Virus record (IMG/VR): IMGVR_UViG_3300013005_000001
Coordinates: 124,001 to 188,000 of that record
DNA: 64,000 nt
Direction: 5' to 3' (one strand)
Part shown: positions 51,260-61,905 of the stretch, piece after piece
Layout: the number at the start of each line of letters is the position of its first letter
Numbering within the stretch: position 1 is the first letter of the stretch
Made by a program: the position numbers and the translations under genes
The notes under the pieces: model-generated
What the model was told of the DNA's origin: nothing
What the model saw: only the letters and a program-made list of their open reading frames with translations
Database searches by the model: none

Positions 51260-51964
51260 ATGGCAGAATATGAAGGTCCAGTAGCTAAGTATCTCAATAC
51301 TTATACTACATTTTCCGGAGCAGATATCGTAGCTACTTTTGGTGGCATTGAAATCGGAGCTCTATCTGGAATCACTTTCTCAGTTACTAGAGAAAAAGCA
51401 CCAATTTACACAATGGGTTCACCAAACCCACGTTCCTTTTCAAGAGGAAAAAGAGGCATCGCAGGCTCTTTGATCTTCACGGTATTTGACAGACCAGCTC
51501 TGTACCAAATGCTTGAAGCTAATTATCAAACAGACGGCGGAGGAGCACAGTTCTTTACTAGAAAGAGCAATACTCTTCCAGGTGATGCAGGACACAAGAG
51601 AGGTATAGCAGAGTTCGACAAGCAGTCATTAGACGTAGTTAGTCAGATCCCTTACTATGCAGACCAGATTCCTCCATTCGATATTACAATTACTTTTGCC
51701 AACGAATATGGCCAAGGTGCAGTAAGATCAATCTTTGGAGTTGAGCTTTTGAACGAAGGTTCTGGAGCTTCTATGGACGACATTGTTATCGAAGAAACGA
51801 TGACTTATGTAGCCCGTGAAATTGGACCTATGTACAAGATTTCAAACTCACAACTCACTGGTGGTATCTTTAATGGTGAAAACAGCCTCAAAAATATTAT
51901 TAATGAAGATGTACCAGGAACAGCTGGACTCAACAAAAACGGCGTTAAGATCATTAGACCTTAA
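51260..51964 (+). CDS. Tail tube protein
   Basis: Follows the sheath; FSGADI..S.TREKAPIYTMG..RG.R.IAGSLIFTVF; terminator after. Confidence 0.75.
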   Translation: MAEYEGPVAKYLNTYTTFSGADIVATFGGIEIGALSGITFSVTREKAPIYTMGSPNPRSFSRGKRGIAGSLIFTVFDRPALYQMLEANYQTDGGGAQFFTRKSNTLPGDAGHKRGIAEFDKQSLDVVSQIPYYADQIPPFDITITFANEYGQGAVRSIFGVELLNEGSGASMDDIVIEETMTYVAREIGPMYKISNSQLTGGIFNGENSLKNIINEDVPGTAGLNKNGVKIIRP

Positions 51965-51990
51965 TAGTCCTAAAGACTAATTATAGATAT

Positions 51991-52016
51991 GGGGACTGGA
52001 TTAAACTCTGGTCCCC
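51991..52016 (+). terminator. Intrinsic terminator after the tube gene
   Basis: GGGGACTGGA-loop-TCTGGTCCCC followed by TTATTTATTT. Confidence 0.75.
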
Positions 52017-52041
52017 TTATTTATTTATAAAGGAATAATCA

Positions 52042-52758
52042 ATGACTGGTGTATGGAAATACGATCAACAATCTATAAGTAAGCATAGACAGCAGCAAGG
52101 TCTCCCAGACCCATTTTCAAATATGTCTTTTGCTGGAACCGATATATCAGCAGCAATGGTGATTCCAGCTATAAATAGAGAAACAGGCACCATAGAGGGC
52201 ACGGATATCTTAGAGCTGGGAGAACTACAAACAATATCATATTCAATCCATAGAGAGAACTCTCCAATAAGAACTGTAGGCCATGTTAATCCAAGGGGAT
52301 TTGTTAAAGGTGGCAGAACTATAGCTGGTTCATTGATATTTACTGTATTCAACGAGTATGCCTTCTATAGGATTAGAGAGTTCCGTCAAATGATGGGTGA
52401 AACAGGACTCTTTTTTGCACCACTAGCAGACATGCTTCCACCGTTTGATGTGGTATTATCATTCTTTAACGAATATGGTTTAGCAGCTAAAATGAAAATA
52501 TATGGCATTACTATAGTAGATGAAGGTCAAACAATGTCTGTTGATGACCTCATTACGGAGCAGACGTATACATACATGGCCAGAGGTATTCAGCCATTAA
52601 TGAGCGTTGAAAATGATCCGCTACTTTTGCCCAACGATCAAAGAGATCTCTACCAACAAAGACAAGAGAATTTCTTCGGTGCAACAAATCTCAAATCTTA
52701 TACTCAGTTAATTGAAAGAATTGTTCCACCAGGTGGAACTTCTGCAAATTCTAAATAA
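52042..52758 (+). CDS. Tube-fold paralogue 2
   Basis: Shares IAGSLIFTVF, PPFD, DD...E.T.TY.AR with 51260. Confidence 0.75.
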   Translation: MTGVWKYDQQSISKHRQQQGLPDPFSNMSFAGTDISAAMVIPAINRETGTIEGTDILELGELQTISYSIHRENSPIRTVGHVNPRGFVKGGRTIAGSLIFTVFNEYAFYRIREFRQMMGETGLFFAPLADMLPPFDVVLSFFNEYGLAAKMKIYGITIVDEGQTMSVDDLITEQTYTYMARGIQPLMSVENDPLLLPNDQRDLYQQRQENFFGATNLKSYTQLIERIVPPGGTSANSK

Positions 52759-52769
52759 AGGAAATCAAA

Positions 52770-53957
52770 TTGATTGGTGATGCTAACGCTGGTGGAGCTT
52801 CTGACTACGAACTAAGGGTGGGGCAAAGGCCTTATAGACCCTTCAGTACATATTTGCCAGCAGACTTGCAAGAAAAGCTTTATGGAAAAGGAGGAAGTCT
52901 TCCTCCGACTACCATTAGAACTGGACCATCTTATGATCCATTGAGTGCTAATATAGACACCGAGTGGGCTGGCAAGTCAACGGATGGTCAAAAATTTAAT
53001 AGCTATTATGATTACTATTTCAGTGGCGAAGATGTAAAAGTGTACATAGATGGATTATTTGATCCAGAACATGAACTTGATATTGCATCTTTCTCATTTG
53101 TTATCAAGCAAGAAAAACAACCTTTATACGGTTTTTGGTCCTACAATTATGATGCCATGATGGTTGGCAGTAGGTTGGTTAGCGGAGAAATGGTTGTATA
53201 TACTAGATACCCTGGAAGAATGAGGGATCTACTTTCATCTGCAGCAGAACAGAGAGTTTTGTTTAATAGCGATAAACCAGGGGCATCAAGAATTCAATCT
53301 TATCTAACTGGAAATAATGAGCAATCTTTAGAGGATGAAAAAAATCTTCAAAGATATTGGAATAGATCTAATCTAGATAGACTTACAGCAGATAACGATA
53401 AAACAGATAAAAGAAATATATTTAGCTCTCATCCACCTTTTAACTTCATAGTTAAATATGGAACACAAGAAGGTTCAGTCAGTACGGTGGGTAGAAACTT
53501 AGGAACCGATTCTGTTGACAACCTTGAGACGCTAGATAGGTTAATGGCTACTGATTATAATGAAAGACTAGTTAAACCATCTAGAGGCAACACTGGCATG
53601 GACATAGTCCTGCAGGACGTTCACCTGGTGAGCATGGGAACCTCTATTGCACCTGGTGGTCAGGCAATGATTGAAAGCTATCAATTTATGTCTAGAGATA
53701 TGTATATTTCCAGTGGCAATATTAGAAATACTCAAAAGTCTGTACTTTCAACTGTTGATTCTACAGGAATTGAAAAGACTCCAACCAACAAAGTCCAGCC
53801 ACCATTGTCTCCTGGTAAGATTAAACAATTAAAAGATTTCTTTGAAGAATATGATAATAGCAGTAGCGAAGTTCCTCCTGTCGACAATAGTGCAGGTTTT
53901 TCTGGTGGAGGCGGAGGAGGCTTTTCTGGTGGAGGGGCTAGCGGATATTTCGGCTAG
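52770..53957 (+). CDS. Tube-fold paralogue 3 / baseplate hub component
   Basis: YFSGEDV, QEKQPLYG, G.R.VSG, PPF motifs. Confidence 0.6.
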   Translation: MIGDANAGGASDYELRVGQRPYRPFSTYLPADLQEKLYGKGGSLPPTTIRTGPSYDPLSANIDTEWAGKSTDGQKFNSYYDYYFSGEDVKVYIDGLFDPEHELDIASFSFVIKQEKQPLYGFWSYNYDAMMVGSRLVSGEMVVYTRYPGRMRDLLSSAAEQRVLFNSDKPGASRIQSYLTGNNEQSLEDEKNLQRYWNRSNLDRLTADNDKTDKRNIFSSHPPFNFIVKYGTQEGSVSTVGRNLGTDSVDNLETLDRLMATDYNERLVKPSRGNTGMDIVLQDVHLVSMGTSIAPGGQAMIESYQFMSRDMYISSGNIRNTQKSVLSTVDSTGIEKTPTNKVQPPLSPGKIKQLKDFFEEYDNSSSEVPPVDNSAGFSGGGGGGFSGGGASGYFG

Positions 53958-54052
53958 TCAATATTTCCAAAGGTCCCACACAACAAGTCAGTATACATTT
54001 TTTGTGTTATAATGTAGATAGAAAAATCTTTAATTTAAATTAGGAGAAAAAA

Positions 54053-54586
54053 ATGGCCGAAGGCAGAAAAGTAATCGTTAAAAATTCTGAAGAGCTTGCA
54101 GAACAGCACGGTGCTGATCAAGTATATACTGCAGAGGAAGTAACGGGAAGTGAAGAAGAACTTAGTGAGATGCAAGCAGCTGCAGACTTTGTAAATGAAA
54201 ATCCGACTACAGTAGAAGATCTTGCTGATGATGAACTAATATGGCCAGATGGCCCCACTGCTGGACAAATTAAAATGTGGAAGAAAGAATATGGAGATGT
54301 TTACGTAACGTCTATTACTTTTGACAAGCACATTGCTTGGAGAACTCTTTCCAGATTAGAATACAAGAGCCTTGTAAGAAAGATGGAACAGCTAATGGAA
54401 GCAGGACAACTTTCTTCTGGTGAAGCAAATCTTTGGAACGAAGAAGCTATTGCAGAGATCTGCATACTCTTCCCTCAATATGATAGACAGTCTATAACAG
54501 CAGACCTTGCTGGATTGCCATCATTGATCGCTCAAGAGGTGCTAGAGGCATCTGGCTTCGTAGCCCTAGAGGTTCGACAGCTTTAA
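54053..54586 (+). CDS. Putative tail assembly chaperone
   Basis: WKKEYGDVY..WR.LSR.EY..LEASGF; position. Confidence 0.55.
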   Translation: MAEGRKVIVKNSEELAEQHGADQVYTAEEVTGSEEELSEMQAAADFVNENPTTVEDLADDELIWPDGPTAGQIKMWKKEYGDVYVTSITFDKHIAWRTLSRLEYKSLVRKMEQLMEAGQLSSGEANLWNEEAIAEICILFPQYDRQSITADLAGLPSLIAQEVLEASGFVALEVRQL

Positions 54587-54589
54587 AAA

Positions 54590-55219
54590 ATGCTAGACTC
54601 AGACCTGTTATATGAATTAAAAAAACAGCATGGTTCTTTATTCCAAACTTCAATTAAAAACCAAGTAGTTGTTTTTAGGGAGTTAAAATTCTCTGAGTTC
54701 GATAGAATAGCTGAGCATCAACTATCTGGCGATTATACAAATCTAGATATAGAAGATTTTATAATAAAAAGTGCTGTAGTCTATCCACTAGAATTTGATA
54801 CAGATAGACTTCCAACTGGAATGATATCCTCTTTAGCTGATGAGATATTGCAAGAATCTGGTTTTTCTTCAGCTAAAAAAGCTAAAAATGTTTTAGAATC
54901 AAAAAGGCAACAAGCTTCTGAAGTAAGAAGCTTAATGAAAGCCTTTGTTTTGGCTACTATATCTACATACTCTGCTGAAGATTTAGACGATATGACTTAT
55001 ACAAAGTTGGCAGAAAACGTAGCTTTGTCTGAAAAAATAATAGAAATTAAACAAAATATTCTTGGAATACAACCAACAAATGTAACCATACAATTGGTTG
55101 ACCCTGAAGAAGAAGCAGAAAAAGAACAAGACTTCGCTAATAGATTTAATCAATCTAGAGGTGTCGGAGAAGCAGCTTATCAAGACCCAGTTGCCCAAAA
55201 ATTGTGGGGAATGCAATAA
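54590..55219 (+). CDS. Putative tail assembly chaperone paralogue
   Basis: LKKQHG..FREL...EF..ILQESGF similar to the previous gene. Confidence 0.55.
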   Translation: MLDSDLLYELKKQHGSLFQTSIKNQVVVFRELKFSEFDRIAEHQLSGDYTNLDIEDFIIKSAVVYPLEFDTDRLPTGMISSLADEILQESGFSSAKKAKNVLESKRQQASEVRSLMKAFVLATISTYSAEDLDDMTYTKLAENVALSEKIIEIKQNILGIQPTNVTIQLVDPEEEAEKEQDFANRFNQSRGVGEAAYQDPVAQKLWGMQ

Positions 55220-55236
55220 GAAAGGATCACTAAATC

Positions 55237-58200
55237 ATGATTAGAAATCGTGGTCCTATATCTACCCTGGGGTACAACCTTACTTCCAGGGATCTGCCAA
55301 CTGATGAAGGGGAATCAGAAGGCCCAAGTCCTAACTCTGGAGCTATAGCAAAAGCGCTTAACGGTCATCCCGTTATGCGCTTTTTTGCGTCTGCTGCAAC
55401 AGCGTTGGTTGCCACTCACGTAGCTTCTAAATTTGTTTCAGCTGGTGGAATAAAACTTGCTACAAAAATACAAAGAGCATCTGATTCAGGTGGCCAATAT
55501 GCCGGAGCATCTACTAGATTCATTGAGAGCGCTGGCAAGATAAAGAAGGCCTTAGATGAATTAGAAGGCGTACATAGAAGTGTTGATGGAGTTGATGATT
55601 CAGATGTTTATTCTAAATTAGTTTTTGAATATGGTGGAGAAAGACTAAAGCAAAATTTAGATAGAGTTACTGGTGGAAGGTTCTTATTAGAAGCTGGATC
55701 ATATATAACGACTCCTGAAATGAGGGCTGCAGGAAGAGGCATAACCCATGAGCCACCAGCAGTATGGACCCTTAAAGATGATATACAACAACTGCTAACA
55801 AGGAGAGCTAGAAATCTAGCCATCGAGTTACCTGCAATGTATGTTGCTCAAAGAGTAGTTACGGAACCATTATATGGTGATGGCAATAGAAAAGATAGAG
55901 GCAAATGGTATAACCCAGTAGACGTTATATCAGACTTTGCTAGACAGTCAACCATAAACATAGCAAGCATGTTAACTCCATTAGAGCTTGGTGGAGCAGG
56001 TCTTGCTAGGGCCAAGTTTCTTGCATCAGCTCCTTATTCTAAAAATCCAAATTTAGTTTTAACCGCCAGAGAGACTAAGTTATCTGAGTCCTTCTTAGAT
56101 ATCAAGACCATCCTAAGTAGCTTTGGTCAAGATATACAAAAGGTTACAACTGGACTAACAAGAAACTCAACAGCTTTAGGAGTTGCCTTCAGCTCTGCCG
56201 CAGACACTGTTACAAACTCCTCAGGAAGCTCTGTTTTTGCGTTACAGCAAGCAAGAAGGGGTGCACAAAAAGCAGCACAGGCAGCCTCTGACAGAGGAGC
56301 CGGAAAATTACAAGTAGCTGCATCATCAGTAAAAGGCTACCTATTTGGTCATGAAGTAAAAAATCCTTTAGACATAGAAAATAATCAAATTTTTCAAGGA
56401 GCAATAGATTCAATCCCAGCATTGAGGGGAACGACATTAGGTGCTAAGAGTTTTAGAACAAGGTTTAGAACTGCAAAAACTGCTTATGATGTATTGGATG
56501 GAGCAATATCTTATGATGAAGCACTTCGTAAAGTCAGTGGATCAGTAAGCGGAACTGCTGATGACGCTAGTAAAAATTTACTGTCTTCAACCATAGTTCA
56601 GATTAGAGACTTGCATAGCAGTAAGTTTAAAGATTTTGCAAACTCATTACTGTCTGGAATTCAAACAGGAGACAGTACAGGAGGCAGCTTAAGCGCCAAA
56701 GAGATGTCTAAAGACATGCAGGTGAACGAGTATAAAAAGAACCTTAGATATAATCTTATCAACAGTGGCGTAAATGAAGAGACAGCATACAACTTAGTAA
56801 GATCAGTTGACGTTAGCGAAGTACCTAGATCATTTAGTGGTGCAACAAACATCACAAGAAGAGTGAGCTTGGGTATAACAAAAATTGTAGACGATAATAG
56901 TGAAGGTGATTTTTTTCAACAATTAATTGATAGAATGACTCACACAACTGGGTATAGTGATCCAACTTTAACGCGAGATACAGTAGCTGCATCAGTAGAG
57001 TTAACTGATATTTTATTTTCTCAAAAAGATTTTCAACAAAGATTACAAGGAAAAATTTCTAGCTCTTGGAATAAGGTTTATGATGAAATACACACTGAAT
57101 CTGCAAGAAAATTAGTTAAGCCTCAAAAGGTAAATTATAAAGATTTTGAAGGAGATATAAGTCCAGAAAAAGCTGACTATCTAGCAAGATCAGTTGCTGA
57201 CGTAATGGGCATAAGATTAACGGAAGCAGATGGAACAAGAGTATCTAGAAATGCAATTGGAGATAGTCTAGCTAGGCGTGGAATAAATGTTGATGATACA
57301 GGACAACTAAGAGCTTACCTCATAGAAAATAGGAGAATGAGTTCTCCAGTATTTGAAGATGGATTTAATATACTTGGCCTTAAGCCACTATTAATTGACG
57401 AAGCGTTTAATAAAGGAATATTTGATTATTTAAACTCAGAGCAAAAAGGCGTCATAGAAGAGATGGCTGGGAACATAGCCAGAACAGATCCAATATCTTC
57501 TACAATAGGCTACTCAGAGATGAAGGGTGTATATCAAACTAGGTCCGGAGGAGTATTAGATACAACTAGAATAACAGGAATGTTGTCAAGAGCTGTTGAT
57601 TTTGTAAGAGATCAAACTCAAATACCAGTTATTAAGTTTAACCCACTTGACATGATTGGGCAAGGTGGCGCTCAAGGCGTAGACAAAAGAAAAATGTTTC
57701 AGTACGCAGAAGGTTTTTCTAATCAACCTTTTGGAAAAGTCGGTTCGCAAACTCCTGGGTTATTTATATTCAGTCAAGAAAAAAGAGGATTTTTTGGACC
57801 TAAAGGAAGTCTATTTACGCTATCTGGCGATTCCAACAATGATCCAATAATAAAAAAACTACCAGGACTTTATCGTCAATTTTCAACTAGCGAAAACGAC
57901 ATGTTTGCTAGAGCTGCAAAAAGTGTTGCTCAAAGACAACTTACCTTAGCATTAGACACAAGAGGAACACAAGATGATAGTTCATTGGGTTTTCTTGATA
58001 AAGTTAAGAAAAAATTTGACGTAGCAGAAGAACAACAAAACTCAGTCGCTAGGTACATCGGTAGATTCCGCAGAAGAAAAAATGATATTAGTAATCCAAC
58101 AGTTTTTGCAAGACTTATGGCTAACGAAGAAATTTCTACAGGAAGAGGTAGAACTTTATCTTTGCAAGAGATTACGCCTGGTTCGGAAACAGAAGCACCT

Positions 58201-61200
58201 AGATTTGGTGTAGTCGATCAAGCAGGAAATGTAGTACACGATCATAAATCAGTCCTTAATGCTTATGAATCATTCAGGAGAAGAACTCAAAGTTACGGAA
58301 CACCAAAAGCTGTTATAAAAGAATTTGAAAGAAAAAATTCAGGATTCTTAATCAACAATATAGATGGAACAGACATTGCGTTGAGCGATATTACTTCAGA
58401 GTCTCAACTTAGGCAATTTGCAGTACAAGAGTTGGACAGAGCTAGAGAACAATCAGTAGTCCTGAGAGCTGGCGGGCAGGACCCAAGAGCATTAACAGCT
58501 TCAATGAGCATAGTTGAAAAGCAAATGTCTCAGTTCAATTTGAATGAAGTATCTCCAAGGTCTAACGTTTCTCCAACCATTACAACAAGAATGGATGATT
58601 TAAAAGAATCAATTTTCCAATTAGCTTTACAAAGAAGATCTTTCCAATCGTCAACCTCATCTGGTAATCCTGGTCAGATAGCTATTGATATAGAAGAAAT
58701 CGTTGCTGATTTAAGGTCAAGAAATATTATAAGTCAAGCTCAAGCTACAGAGGCTAGAGCGGCAGGACTTTCTGCCATGTTGAACTTTGTTGCTTTTGGT
58801 GGATACAAGAGATCGGCAACAGAAGGATCAAACTTATCTCAAGCAATATCTGGACTATTAGGCATAAGGGCAGACTCAACTAGTAGTCCATCTTATAGAG
58901 CTTTATTCTCACCTTTTACAAGCGCTAAAATAGCAAACGTTGGCCATAGCGGTTTTGGAAGCAGCCTAACTAACGTCATAAGACCAACTATAGTTTCTAA
59001 TTTTAAGCCAGCAGATTATAGTCTGAACGAACTTGCGTCTAATCCATTAGGAAATCAAGGAACAGTTTTTGTTCCAACATTTGGAACTGCTGTTAAAGAA
59101 GTTGGATTTACCAGGGCAACAAAAAGTGTATTGGGAATAGGAACTTATAACGATGCACAAAGCTTTAGTTCTGGTTCTGTTCCTATGTCTCATGGAGTTG
59201 AAAGATTAAATAAATACTTTGAAACATTTGGTTTAGGATTAGACACTTCTCAATATGGTGGCCCCTTAGATTTATATGCTCGTGGAATGGTTACAAAAAG
59301 AGTTCTTCCTTTGGTTGCAGGAGGAACAGCATTAGTAGCAGCAGACAGAACAATTGGTGGCGTTGTAAATGAAAAAGACGAAGAAGGAAATAGAGTATAT
59401 TCACCTTTCTTGTTAGGAAAGGCCGCAAGAGGAGCAGTTGAAGTACAGTCCGCTTTTTCAGGAGTCACTCCTGGAGGAATGTCTTATAACGAGAAGAAGG
59501 AACAATTAACCGAAGGCGAAGTTCCAATTAAGCAAGGAAGGTTTTGGCCACTTGGAGTAACTCCATTTGAGGGTGGCAAAACAATGTATTACAGACCTTC
59601 TTATTATAGAAGGTTGCAAGCGGGGGCATCTTATACTAAAGAGTCTTTTGGCAATCCAATGGAAAGACTCGCTTTTGGTTATGATTTTTCTCCACTCAGA
59701 CCACTTGATCCATATAGGTTTGAAAAACAACACTATGAAGATAGGCCCTATCCTGTAACTGGTGAATATTTTACCGGTCCTTACGGTCCATTAACCCCTC
59801 TGTTGAATGCAACATTAGGAAAAATACTAAAACCGCAAGTAAGAATGCATAAGCAAGAAGTTGAGCAAGGACTTGCTAACTACGATGCAGCAGGACAAAG
59901 TGGAGCATATAACACTGAGGGCCTATCTGGACAAGGTGGAGATCAATATGCTTCAGGTTATGTTGGGGGAACAGGGGCTTCATATGGTGGAGCCTATGGA
60001 CTAGGGGCTTCTGCCCTATCAGGCTCTAATCAAAGGCTAGCTTCTGCTGGAGCATACTCAATGCAGAGTGCATCCAACATGTCTTCTACCGCTATAGCGA
60101 ATATCAACAATCAATACATTCAAGCTAGTCAGTATGGACCAATGCCAAGACCAGGAGTTGTACCTCCTAATATTGTCCCAGCAGGAAGGCCAGTCCCCAG
60201 TGCAAAAATTGGAATTCAAGCTGGAGACATCGGCTATAGAACTCAAGAAATGGCTGGTATATACGGATTTGGATTTGCTTCACTAAGAGAAGGTTATGGA
60301 TTTGGTCAATCTGACTTTCAGCCACAGGTATCTGTACTTCAGTCAGCATCTAAAGCTTATGGATCAGGAAGAGCATTTTGGGACCTAAACTTAGGTGGAT
60401 TAGGTGACGTTCCTATCAAGCCAGAAGGTGCTTTAGGTAATATAGAAATATCTGAAATTGTTAGAAGATTTATTCCAAAAGAAAGAACAGATGTTACACA
60501 GATAAACCCAATAGCAAATACTATGGGGGTTAAATACCCATTCTTACCAGGTTCAAATTATTTTACAAACTTTAAACAAGGAGATCCTTACACTAAAGTT
60601 CCAGAAGGAGAAATAAGATTACCAGGTATTGGCTATAGAAGACTCAATCCAAATATGGGTGGGTATGATGATCCACTAACGCAATTAGATATTCTTTCAG
60701 ATGTTGCACCTTATTCTAAAGAGTTCAGATCTCTAAACAATAAGATGAGTCCATCTTCTTTGGATCCAGGGCAAAGAGAAAAACTAGAACAAATACGAGC
60801 ACAAGTAGCGGACACAACTAGTAAGTATAACTTTACGCCCTATAAATATAAGTACTCTTCTCCGGAAGAACTTGGCATGTCAAAAACAAGATTTGGCATT
60901 TCTAGAGTAGGCGAATACATAGCTCACAGAGATACTTTTATCAACACTAAGATCATGCCAAACAGGACCGCTCAAGAAGATTGGGAAAGAAGAAATGTCT
61001 ATGGTGCAACATTCCCTGAATGGCAAAATCCAATTGAAAGCTTCATTAAGCCAATGTACTTTAAGTCTCAAGGAAGAAGTCCATTAACTAGTGGATTAAT
61101 GATGGCTGGTGTTGGAGCAGCTTTTGGTAGAACTCCAAATGCTAAGACTGCTGGAACCTTAGTTGGTTTTGCAACAGGAGCTGGTTATAGTATGTATAAT

Positions 61201-61899
61201 AAAGCTAGAGAAGCTGTAACTGGTGAAAGATTCATTCCACGAGAAAGAAAAAAACAACTAGCACTAGAAGAAAATATAGATATTTTAAACTATGTTAAGA
61301 ATACTTCTTTGGCTAATCGAGCTGAAGAAAGTGGAGATATTCAAGGAGCTGCTCAATTTAAACAAGCTGCCAAGAGGACAATGTATGGAGCAGATATTTA
61401 TGGTTCCTCAGTAGATACTTTATCATTGGCAATTCCAAAAAGAAAACGTGAGCACTTTAAAGAAATGTTAACAGCTCCAGTTGAGGAGAGGGAAAGAATC
61501 CTTTCTACCGCACCAAGATTAGAAAGAAGAATCTACCAAGCAGCATGGGGAATGAAAGTGGAAGAAAAACCAGATTTAGTTGAACACTTTTCTAGACACG
61601 AATTACCAGACGCCTCGTGGGAAGGCTGGAACCCAAGTACTAACATGGAACATGTTAAAATTAATATGGGTCAATCAATGGGAATTAATATGGCACAAAT
61701 GGGTTACTATCCACAACAGATAAAAGAAGCTAATTTAACAAATCCAAGTTATCCAAGCTTTAATCAGCAATCAAACCCACAGGATGTTGGACAACAAATT
61801 AGAATGATGATGATTAGAAATGGAATATCGGGAAGTGTTGTTCCTGTAATGAATGGTTCTGGATCTTCTGGTGTAGATATATTTTCTGGTGTTAGGTAA
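55237..61899 (+). CDS. 2220-aa giant virion protein (tape-measure/ejectosome-like)
   Basis: Size, position after the chaperones, hydrophobic Gly/Ala segments. Confidence 0.55.
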   Translation: MIRNRGPISTLGYNLTSRDLPTDEGESEGPSPNSGAIAKALNGHPVMRFFASAATALVATHVASKFVSAGGIKLATKIQRASDSGGQYAGASTRFIESAGKIKKALDELEGVHRSVDGVDDSDVYSKLVFEYGGERLKQNLDRVTGGRFLLEAGSYITTPEMRAAGRGITHEPPAVWTLKDDIQQLLTRRARNLAIELPAMYVAQRVVTEPLYGDGNRKDRGKWYNPVDVISDFARQSTINIASMLTPLELGGAGLARAKFLASAPYSKNPNLVLTARETKLSESFLDIKTILSSFGQDIQKVTTGLTRNSTALGVAFSSAADTVTNSSGSSVFALQQARRGAQKAAQAASDRGAGKLQVAASSVKGYLFGHEVKNPLDIENNQIFQGAIDSIPALRGTTLGAKSFRTRFRTAKTAYDVLDGAISYDEALRKVSGSVSGTADDASKNLLSSTIVQIRDLHSSKFKDFANSLLSGIQTGDSTGGSLSAKEMSKDMQVNEYKKNLRYNLINSGVNEETAYNLVRSVDVSEVPRSFSGATNITRRVSLGITKIVDDNSEGDFFQQLIDRMTHTTGYSDPTLTRDTVAASVELTDILFSQKDFQQRLQGKISSSWNKVYDEIHTESARKLVKPQKVNYKDFEGDISPEKADYLARSVADVMGIRLTEADGTRVSRNAIGDSLARRGINVDDTGQLRAYLIENRRMSSPVFEDGFNILGLKPLLIDEAFNKGIFDYLNSEQKGVIEEMAGNIARTDPISSTIGYSEMKGVYQTRSGGVLDTTRITGMLSRAVDFVRDQTQIPVIKFNPLDMIGQGGAQGVDKRKMFQYAEGFSNQPFGKVGSQTPGLFIFSQEKRGFFGPKGSLFTLSGDSNNDPIIKKLPGLYRQFSTSENDMFARAAKSVAQRQLTLALDTRGTQDDSSLGFLDKVKKKFDVAEEQQNSVARYIGRFRRRKNDISNPTVFARLMANEEISTGRGRTLSLQEITPGSETEAPRFGVVDQAGNVVHDHKSVLNAYESFRRRTQSYGTPKAVIKEFERKNSGFLINNIDGTDIALSDITSESQLRQFAVQELDRAREQSVVLRAGGQDPRALTASMSIVEKQMSQFNLNEVSPRSNVSPTITTRMDDLKESIFQLALQRRSFQSSTSSGNPGQIAIDIEEIVADLRSRNIISQAQATEARAAGLSAMLNFVAFGGYKRSATEGSNLSQAISGLLGIRADSTSSPSYRALFSPFTSAKIANVGHSGFGSSLTNVIRPTIVSNFKPADYSLNELASNPLGNQGTVFVPTFGTAVKEVGFTRATKSVLGIGTYNDAQSFSSGSVPMSHGVERLNKYFETFGLGLDTSQYGGPLDLYARGMVTKRVLPLVAGGTALVAADRTIGGVVNEKDEEGNRVYSPFLLGKAARGAVEVQSAFSGVTPGGMSYNEKKEQLTEGEVPIKQGRFWPLGVTPFEGGKTMYYRPSYYRRLQAGASYTKESFGNPMERLAFGYDFSPLRPLDPYRFEKQHYEDRPYPVTGEYFTGPYGPLTPLLNATLGKILKPQVRMHKQEVEQGLANYDAAGQSGAYNTEGLSGQGGDQYASGYVGGTGASYGGAYGLGASALSGSNQRLASAGAYSMQSASNMSSTAIANINNQYIQASQYGPMPRPGVVPPNIVPAGRPVPSAKIGIQAGDIGYRTQEMAGIYGFGFASLREGYGFGQSDFQPQVSVLQSASKAYGSGRAFWDLNLGGLGDVPIKPEGALGNIEISEIVRRFIPKERTDVTQINPIANTMGVKYPFLPGSNYFTNFKQGDPYTKVPEGEIRLPGIGYRRLNPNMGGYDDPLTQLDILSDVAPYSKEFRSLNNKMSPSSLDPGQREKLEQIRAQVADTTSKYNFTPYKYKYSSPEELGMSKTRFGISRVGEYIAHRDTFINTKIMPNRTAQEDWERRNVYGATFPEWQNPIESFIKPMYFKSQGRSPLTSGLMMAGVGAAFGRTPNAKTAGTLVGFATGAGYSMYNKAREAVTGERFIPRERKKQLALEENIDILNYVKNTSLANRAEESGDIQGAAQFKQAAKRTMYGADIYGSSVDTLSLAIPKRKREHFKEMLTAPVEERERILSTAPRLERRIYQAAWGMKVEEKPDLVEHFSRHELPDASWEGWNPSTNMEHVKINMGQSMGINMAQMGYYPQQIKEANLTNPSYPSFNQQSNPQDVGQQIRMMMIRNGISGSVVPVMNGSGSSGVDIFSGVR

Positions 61900-61905
61900 A
61901 AGTAA

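Noticed and set aside
54575-54592. Classic -1 tail-chaperone frameshift at TTTAAAA
   Set aside because: The heptamer is not aligned with the reading frame (CTT TAA), and the next gene is in the same frame with its own ATG
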